Below are positions 57,289 through 64,000 of a DNA stretch of 64,000 nt, in pieces. A program made the translations under genes and the position numbers. The stretch covers positions 19,487-83,486 of the forward strand of contig JAMCYU010000009.1 of the NCBI GenBank assembly GCA_023473585.1. The letters run 5' to 3'. Every line of letters begins with the position of its first letter. The first letter of the stretch is position 1. The notes below the pieces were generated by a model. That model was not told the origin of the DNA. It saw only the letters and a program-made list of their open reading frames with translations, and made no database searches. The DNA comes from Patescibacteria group bacterium. GTDB taxonomy: Bacteria > Patescibacteriota > Microgenomatia > JAMCYU01.

Positions 57289-58503
57289 TTAGTTTAATAC
57301 CCGTAGCACCTTCTTCAAACTTTTAACAAAAATATCAACTTCTTCGAGAGTGTTATAAAAATACAAAGAGGCTCGGACAGAACCTGCTATTTTCCGAGAG
57401 GCAAACCAGGAATGAACACAGTGTTGCCCAGAACGAACCATAATATTGACACTTTGATCAAGCATTATGGCTATTTGATGTGAATCAACTCCTTTGATAT
57501 AAAAAGAAATAATCCCACTTCGCAGGTTTGGATTTTGATCGCCTATAATCTTGAGTTTAGGAATGTTAACAATCTCATCGGTAATAAATTTATTAAGCAC
57601 CTGTTCCTGTCTAGTAATGGTTTCAAAACCCACGGTTTCCAAATACCTTACCGCCTCACCTAACCCGATAATGCCAGCGTAATCTTGGAGTCCTGCCTCA
57701 AACTTTTCAGGAGGCGGGAGAAATTCATGAGACTCATAAGTGGAGGACGAAACAGTATCTCCGCCAGCTAAAAATGGATCGAGCTTTTCTAGAAGGCGGT
57801 ATTTGCCATATAGAACACCTGTCCCCGACGGAGCTAGCATCTTATGACCCGAAAAGGCTAAAAAATCCACATCTAGGGCTTGTACATCAATTTTATGGTG
57901 TGGAACAGTCTGGGCAGCGTCTAAAAGCACTAGCGATCCCACCCCGTGAGCAATCTTTATCACATCAGAAGCAGGAATGGTCATTCCGTCCAAATTAGAG
58001 GTAAAACCCAAAGACACCAATTTAACCCGCTCATTCATCAAGCCCCTAAATGCCTCGAGGTCAAAAGTATTATTTTCTTTTGTAGGAGCAATTTTATACT
58101 CAATACCGATTTTTCTTTTCAAAACTTGCCATGGAATAAGATTAGAGTTATGCTCTTTGTCCGAGATTATAACTATATCACCCTGACGAAATCCTAGTGA
58201 ATGAGCAATCAGATTTATTCCTTCTGTAGTATTGCGAGTGAAGACAATTTCCTCCTTGCGCTTAGCGTTAATAAAACGAGCTACTGTTCTTCTTGTCTCG
58301 TCACACTTTTGGGTAACAGTTTCTGCTAAGCGGTGCATACTCCGTCCACCACAAGCAGAATAGCGTCGATAGTAGTCAGTAATGGCATTTATAACAGACT
58401 GGGGGCGTAAGCTCTGGCAGGCATTATCAAGATAGATAATAGGTTTATTGCCTAGACTTTCTTGAAGCAAGGGAAAATCTTGACGGATGCTCTTTATATT
58501 CAT
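57289..58503 (-). CDS. sufS: cysteine desulfurase (class V aminotransferase, SufS/NifS-like)
   Basis: SGHKMLAPSGTGVLYGK PLP-lysine motif and a C-terminal catalytic Cys region. Confidence 0.85.
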   Translation of the reverse strand: MNIKSIRQDFPLLQESLGNKPIIYLDNACQSLRPQSVINAITDYYRRYSACGGRSMHRLAETVTQKCDETRRTVARFINAKRKEEIVFTRNTTEGINLIAHSLGFRQGDIVIISDKEHNSNLIPWQVLKRKIGIEYKIAPTKENNTFDLEAFRGLMNERVKLVSLGFTSNLDGMTIPASDVIKIAHGVGSLVLLDAAQTVPHHKIDVQALDVDFLAFSGHKMLAPSGTGVLYGKYRLLEKLDPFLAGGDTVSSSTYESHEFLPPPEKFEAGLQDYAGIIGLGEAVRYLETVGFETITRQEQVLNKFITDEIVNIPKLKIIGDQNPNLRSGIISFYIKGVDSHQIAIMLDQSVNIMVRSGQHCVHSWFASRKIAGSVRASLYFYNTLEEVDIFVKSLKKVLRVLN

Positions 58504-58544
58504 AGGTCGTTGATTGTAAATTGGGCTTGACGCTCATATTTTCA

Positions 58545-59285
58545 TTATTGCCCTAGAACTTTGTCAATTAAAGGTTTTACCTGTTCAAAAGGCAATGCTC
58601 CTCCAATAAACTCTTTCTTCCCATTCTTGCCAATAATGATTGTTCCTGGGGTTCCTTGAATCCCTGTCTTTACTCCACCTGCCATATCGTCCTTGACATG
58701 CTGGGCATATTTCCCGCTATCAAGACATTGTTTAAATTTATTACTGTCTAAGCCCAACTCTGAGGCAAGGGGAACCAGTTGATCAAGCGCAAACCCAGTG
58801 CCATTTGAGGTGGTTTTTTCATAAATTGCATCTGTATACTTCCAGAAGGCATCATTACCTCCTTGTTCGGCTGCGCATTCAGAAGCCTCTGATTCCTTTT
58901 GAGCGTTAGCATGGAATCCTAATGGGTATTGGCGATATACCCAAGCCACTTTATTACCATATTCTTTAACAACCTGTTGCATGGTTGAATGGAAACGCTT
59001 ACAGAAAGGACACTCAAAATCTGAGTATTCAACCAAAACCACATCAGCATTTTTATTGCCTAATATATGGTCTTTATCAGAAACAGGTGGAATAGCGTCT
59101 AAGTTTTGCTCAGGGACTTGTGGAGCTTGCTGTTTCGCCTGTTCACCTTTTACTTGAGCAATGGAGTCTCCTGAAACGACTTTCTTTTCCAGTGATTGAA
59201 CCCTAGTAAACAAATAACCAGAAAAAATAAATCCTACAATGACTAACAATATAAGAACTTTATTTGTGTTTTTCATAATCATCAT
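58545..59285 (-). CDS. DsbA-family thioredoxin-fold protein (secreted)
   Basis: Signal anchor and a CPFC active-site motif. Confidence 0.7.
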   Translation of the reverse strand: MMIMKNTNKVLILLVIVGFIFSGYLFTRVQSLEKKVVSGDSIAQVKGEQAKQQAPQVPEQNLDAIPPVSDKDHILGNKNADVVLVEYSDFECPFCKRFHSTMQQVVKEYGNKVAWVYRQYPLGFHANAQKESEASECAAEQGGNDAFWKYTDAIYEKTTSNGTGFALDQLVPLASELGLDSNKFKQCLDSGKYAQHVKDDMAGGVKTGIQGTPGTIIIGKNGKKEFIGGALPFEQVKPLIDKVLGQ

Positions 59286-59301
59286 TTTAATTAATAATAA
59301 C

Positions 59302-59320
59302 TTCTACATATTGTAGAAGG
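59302..59320 (-). terminator. perfect 8-bp palindrome hairpin (CTTCTACA-TAT-TGTAGAAG), possible terminator
   Basis: Sits in an AT-rich context downstream of the czcD-fragment transcription unit. Confidence 0.35.
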
Positions 59321-59336
59321 TTGATTAACAAAAAGT

Positions 59337-59453
59337 CAATAGGTTTTACCAATAACAATCGGTGTAAATCCGTATTGCTTGAGAAAATACGCGAGTGTAC
59401 ATCCTGCGATGCCGCCGCCTGAAATGAGAACTCTTTTATTTATATTTTCCATC
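59337..59453 (-). pseudogene. N-terminal fragment of an FAD-dependent oxidoreductase (GxGxxG Rossmann)
   Basis: Reads MENINKRVLISGGGIAGCTLAYFLKQYGFTPIVIGKTY*. Only 38 codons; the rest of the enzyme is absent. Confidence 0.35.
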
Positions 59454-59455
59454 TA

Positions 59456-60355
59456 TTACATCCCCTCATCCGTTCGTTCATCGTGATGCGGGCCTTCTGT
59501 GAGTTCTGTTTCAATTGTTGCGTGCTCTGTATGAAATTTTTCAGACAGCATTTCTTTGATCCTTTCTTTTATTTCCATACTTTCCTTAAGCGTACTGTCT
59601 TTAATGATAAGATGACAGCTTAATGCTACGCTTGTTGTTGATAGCGCCCAAACGTGCAGGTCATCAAGTCCTGTTACTCCAGGCATCGCACAAATAGCTT
59701 GTTTAATTTTTGTAACATCAGTTCCCTCAGGAGTACCTTCAAGAAGGGCATGGAGCGCGTCCTTTACCACACTCCATCCACTGTACAAAAGCATGATACC
59801 GATAATGATACTGATAAACGGATCAATAAATGTTTTTCCGGTCAGAACAATAATTAGACCTGCAAAAAGCGCCCCAACTGAAGCAAGCGCATCCATAGCC
59901 ATATTCAAAAACGCACTTCGAATATTCAAATCACCGCGGCTTTTGAAAAAGAGATAGGCGATACTGCCGTTGATCAGAATGCCGACAAAGGCAACTATCA
60001 TAACAAGCCCACCCTCAACAGGTTGGGGATTCTGAAACCGTTTATACGCCTCTATAAAAATATAGACAGCTAACCCAAGTAGAATCAACGCGTTAATGAG
60101 TGCAGCCAACACGGTAGCCCTACCATACCCATATGTTTTATCAATGTTCGCTTCTCTTTTTGCAATTTTGGTTGCAAAAAATGAAACCAGAAGACTCATT
60201 GAATCAGTTAAGTTGTGTGTGGCATCAGAAACAAGTGCTAAACTGCCTGAAATAATCCCAATACCAAATTCAAAGATCGTAAAACCAGTATTAAAAATAA
60301 GACCAAGCTTGAGCTTGTTATCTAAATTAGTTGGTACCTCATGCGATCCACTCAT
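59456..60355 (-). CDS. czcD: cation diffusion facilitator (CDF) family metal efflux transporter
   Basis: 6-TM core with a His/Asp-rich TM2/TM5 pattern and a C-terminal cytoplasmic domain. Confidence 0.85.
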   Translation of the reverse strand: MSGSHEVPTNLDNKLKLGLIFNTGFTIFEFGIGIISGSLALVSDATHNLTDSMSLLVSFFATKIAKREANIDKTYGYGRATVLAALINALILLGLAVYIFIEAYKRFQNPQPVEGGLVMIVAFVGILINGSIAYLFFKSRGDLNIRSAFLNMAMDALASVGALFAGLIIVLTGKTFIDPFISIIIGIMLLYSGWSVVKDALHALLEGTPEGTDVTKIKQAICAMPGVTGLDDLHVWALSTTSVALSCHLIIKDSTLKESMEIKERIKEMLSEKFHTEHATIETELTEGPHHDERTDEGM

Positions 60356-60365
60356 ATGTTATTTT

Positions 60366-62279
60366 CTAGACTTTTTTCTGACCAAAATTAAATAACCTCA
60401 AACTGTTAACCACGACCAATACGGTTACCCCCACGTCTGCAAATATAGCCAGTACCAAACTGCTTTTACCAGCTAGTGCAAGAGAGAGGAAAAGAAGTTT
60501 TACACCAATTGCGGTTGCAGTATTATAACGGATTTTCTGAACAGATTTTCTACCCAACTCAACAAGGAAGGGAATAAGCGTCATGTTATTATTCATCAGA
60601 GCCACATCGGCATTCTCAATCGCTACATCAGAACCGATTGCTCCCATAGCGATGCCAACAGGAGCAGTAACCAACGAAGGAGCGTCATTCACGCCGTCTC
60701 CTACCATACCTACATGCTTATATTGACTAATAAGTTTTGACAATTCAGCTACCTTCTGGTCGGGGAGCAGTTCTGCTCTAACCTGCTTTATACCTATCTG
60801 CTCAGCAACAAAAAACGCCGAAGATTCGTTGTCACCCGTAAGAATGACTGGTTTAATTTTCATACGAGTTAAAGCGTTTATCATTAACTTGCTATCTTCC
60901 CTAATCTCGTCAGTAATACCTATAACCCCAGTTACCTTCTTATTGTCACTCATAATAACCGTCGTTTTCCCTTGTTTTTCAAATGCTTCAACTTGTTGAA
61001 TAACTTCATCTTCAACCGCATGCTCCTCGGTAATAAACTTAATATTGCCCATACAATGATGTTTATCGGTGCAGACTAAACAGTCGCCTCTCAATCCTTT
61101 TCCTGACACTGCTTCAAATTTGGTGAATTGATGAGGATTGAGATTATGCTTTTTAGCTTCTTCGATAACACTCAGGGCTAGTGGATGTTCGGAAAAAGAC
61201 TCTATCCCAGAAGCACAAGCCAGAACATCCATTTGGGTAAATCCATTAAAAGGCACGATGTCAGAAACCACGGGTTCTCCTTTAGTGAGCGTTCTTGTTT
61301 TATCAAAAGCAATCGCCCTTATTTTTCCTAATTCTTCAACAAACCTACCGCCCTTAATAATGACGCCCTTTTTAGTGGCGTTACCAATGGCAGAAAAAAT
61401 TGTAATAGGGGTCGAGATAACTAAGGCGCAAGGACAGGCAATAATGAGAAGAGTTAGTGATTGGGTAAACCAGGGCGTAAATGGCTCTCCGAGGAAACCA
61501 ACTGGCACCAGAACAAGAAGAAATGCGGCTACTATAACAAAAGGCGTGTAATAGGAAGCGAACTTCTCAATAAACTTTTGCGAATGAGACTTTTTCTCGG
61601 CTGAGCTGTAGGTTAAATCTATAATCTTGGAAAGTGTACTATCTTCTGCTGTTTTGGTGACCTGAATTTCCATATAACCATTCCCGTTAATTGTTCCCGC
61701 ATAAACAAAATCTCCTTCGTGCTTATTTTTAGGTAAAGGCTCGCCAGTTATTGTTGCCTCATCAACTAAAGACATTCCCATAATAACCTTACCATCAAGC
61801 GGGATTTGGTCACCTGGCTTTACTATGATCACATCACCGATCCCTATCTCCTTAACAGATGTCTTTCCTGTTTTACCCTTCACTTGGGCAGTTTTGGGAG
61901 TGTTGTCAACCAGTTCTTTCAATGCAGACTGACTCTGTTCTATCCCAAAGTCCTCTAAAGCATTTCCTAGAGCAAAAAGAACGACGATAATCACAGCCTC
62001 TTCCCATTCCTGAAGGTATACCGCCCCAGCGATAGCTATGGTCATTAAAAGATTAATGTCTGAAAACCGAAGATGCAAAAGACTGCGGATACCGCTAGTA
62101 AAGACAGCTCTACCGAAGATAATGATGAGAGTTATAAAAAGCGGCAGTTCGACCCATTTAGGTAAATGGGTTGAGAAAAAAGATAAAATCTCAAAAGGTA
62201 GAACTATCAAAAATGCTAACAACAGATACTTAAACTTCTTATTTTGTAAAAGCTCTCGATATTTTTCTAGATTTTTCAT
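60366..62279 (-). CDS. heavy-metal translocating P1B-type ATPase (Zn/Cd/Pb or Cu type)
   Basis: CPC motif (ACPCALVISTP), DKT phosphorylation site (FDKTRTLT), GDGVNDAPSL hinge. There is no N-terminal HMA domain. Confidence 0.9.
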   Translation of the reverse strand: MKNLEKYRELLQNKKFKYLLLAFLIVLPFEILSFFSTHLPKWVELPLFITLIIIFGRAVFTSGIRSLLHLRFSDINLLMTIAIAGAVYLQEWEEAVIIVVLFALGNALEDFGIEQSQSALKELVDNTPKTAQVKGKTGKTSVKEIGIGDVIIVKPGDQIPLDGKVIMGMSLVDEATITGEPLPKNKHEGDFVYAGTINGNGYMEIQVTKTAEDSTLSKIIDLTYSSAEKKSHSQKFIEKFASYYTPFVIVAAFLLVLVPVGFLGEPFTPWFTQSLTLLIIACPCALVISTPITIFSAIGNATKKGVIIKGGRFVEELGKIRAIAFDKTRTLTKGEPVVSDIVPFNGFTQMDVLACASGIESFSEHPLALSVIEEAKKHNLNPHQFTKFEAVSGKGLRGDCLVCTDKHHCMGNIKFITEEHAVEDEVIQQVEAFEKQGKTTVIMSDNKKVTGVIGITDEIREDSKLMINALTRMKIKPVILTGDNESSAFFVAEQIGIKQVRAELLPDQKVAELSKLISQYKHVGMVGDGVNDAPSLVTAPVGIAMGAIGSDVAIENADVALMNNNMTLIPFLVELGRKSVQKIRYNTATAIGVKLLFLSLALAGKSSLVLAIFADVGVTVLVVVNSLRLFNFGQKKV

Positions 62280-62500
62280 ACAAATTAATATACTCTTGAA
62301 TTGGCTTGGTTTCTACAATTTGTAAAAACACTTTTCTCATTATACGAAATTCCAAGCAAAACTTTAAGAGCTTTGTGCTTCTTTGCAGATCGTAACGCCG
62401 TGTGTTGACCTGTGTGGGGCTTTCGTGCCTGGGGTGGAAGGTTGGCCTTCGTTCGGATTCAGAAGCCTCGTTGGGGATGTGTTGAGGGAATTGAAGGTTA

Positions 62501-62638
62501 GTAACTACAATCTTTGATGTTTGCCCAGTCTATAGGTATTCCAGAGTTTACCCTATTCAGAACACAATCAGCTGTAATTATAAGCCATATTACGGCGATC
62601 ACTATAAACACAATAGCCACAACCCTCTGCTTTTTCAT
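62501..62638 (-). CDS. small secreted/membrane peptide (45 aa)
   Basis: Reads MKKQRVVAIVFIVIAVIWLIITADCV.... It is below the ORF-track threshold. Confidence 0.25.
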
Positions 62639-63069
62639 ACACACTTTTATTCTACGACAACTGCTTTAATTCTTGAAAAGCGATACGGTATTCCAATACT
62701 GAATCTCCTTGTTGCCGCTAATACTTATACGGATAGTTGGATACGACCAGGGTCTACCATCCAACCCTTCTGGTAATTTGTAACCTTTGTCTTCCCAGAA
62801 CCATTGGTGTAACTCACCGTTTGATTGGAGTGAATAAGTAAACTGTCCCCATATCTGATCAAGGTTTGGCACGGCTCGTTTCAGATAGTCCAGAGCGATA
62901 TTTTCTCTCTCTCCGGTGCTGATTCGGTTGGTCTTTCAGTATTGAACCATGAAAAAAGAGTCCGAAGAAAAGAGTTTGAAGTCCCTAACATCATCAACTC
63001 CTTAGATATTTGCATTATACCCAAATACTAATACCAAAAACCCATAAATGCAAAAAATAAGGTAGCAAA

Positions 63070-64000
63070 ATTGGAAGAAGAATTACTGAAGATACCAACG
63101 ACAGTAAAAGCTAAATCTGGAGGGACGGGCAGTTCCCCTCATCTAACATCTCCTATCGGAGAAGTACCTGGAGCTGGAGCCCGACTTCCCAGGTCTTCAG
63201 AACCTAAAAGTATTATACCACAAAATGTCAAATTGGCAAAAGACCTAGAGGACTTTCTCAATGGGAAGGTAAACGATTTAATGCCCAACCGACCAATGTA
63301 TAGGATTACTAAAGGAGGAAGGGGAGCGGGGGGGGCTAGTTCGGTCCTCCAAAAACAACCGAAGTCAACATTATCAAACCAAAGAGCAATAAAATTGCCA
63401 GCGGGGTCGCTAAAACTAGAACTACCATTTCAACAATCCACTTTGAATCAATCTTCATCCGTCCCGATTATATCACGGAATACAAGAGATATTTTGACTG
63501 GAGAGGGATTAAAGGAGAAGAAATTAGTAGGAAGATTAAAGACTAATGAAAAATACCCGACAGAGCTTAGGCAGATGCTAGAGGGTACTTACGTTCCGCA
63601 AAGCAATGCCCAAACAATCTCGAATGCCAAAAAACTAGTCAGGCTTGATCCGAATGCCGCCGAAGCAAGAGCCATGAATCCTCAAAACGCTGTTGATCAA
63701 GCTATCGGAGCGGAATTATTTAATTATCACATGGATAAAGGAAACGTTGCCAAAGCTAATGAGATTTTAAACGCCACCGCAGGAACAAACGAAGGACAAA
63801 TGATCCAGATTTTATCGCAGTACGACAAAACAACTCCTCAAGGAGCTATTAAATTCGCTCAAAATGCGGTTAAAGAATATAACAAAATTCACGTAGATCA
63901 ACCACTACAATTATCAGATACTACTATACAGGACATTTATAAAAAGGCTAAAAATATTCAAGTAATGCCAGAAGGCAGGGAAAGAAACATTGCCGCCAAC
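63070..64000 (+). CDS. hypothetical protein (partial, runs off the 3' end), possible TTG start
   Basis: Open frame from about 63030 to the window end with no in-frame ATG. The TTG at 63070 is preceded by AAGGTAG. Contains a G8 homopolymer at 63327-63334. Confidence 0.35.

Overview
The window is a low-GC, gene-dense bacterial sequence with a gene repertoire typical of Patescibacteria/CPR-like genomes. That repertoire includes an archaeal-type ATP-dependent DNA ligase, an archaeal-type UMP kinase, a class III RNR, many small membrane/secreted proteins and a cohesin/dockerin pair. I could not run any searches, so all calls rest on motif recognition and reading both strands. I can support about 75 CDS, two good tRNAs (elongator Met-CAU, Ile-UAU), one atypical initiator-like tRNA, no rRNA and no CRISPR. 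From 1 to 35 kb almost every gene is on the minus strand, apart from a two-gene cassette at 10.4-11.8 kb and a tyrosine recombinase at 19.0-19.9 kb. After about 36 kb both strands are used. Core genes recognised include lig, a Fic protein, recF, fpg, ftsH, trpS, two PBP1A paralogs, sufS, a CDF transporter and a P1B-ATPase. The nrdR-nrdD-nrdG operon is present, and nrdD carries a LAGLIDADG intein. The most interesting region is 24.1-27.9 kb. It holds a cobalamin riboswitch with a terminator/SD-sequestering expression platform. The riboswitch sits just downstream of a cobO-like adenosyltransferase gene and controls an unknown 657-aa protein, a DUF4430-like secreted protein and a small ECF-S-like membrane protein. 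I read this as a candidate undescribed B12-acquisition module. Other notable items are a possible integrative-element remnant (degenerate tRNA-fMet-like gene, leaderless tyrosine recombinase, T4CP-like ATPase, tRNA-Ile), a promoter-driven orphan two-gene cassette, a PyrH-methyltransferase fusion, gene-converted tandem PBP1A copies, IS30 remnants plus an intact IS481-like element, and G8/C8 tracts.
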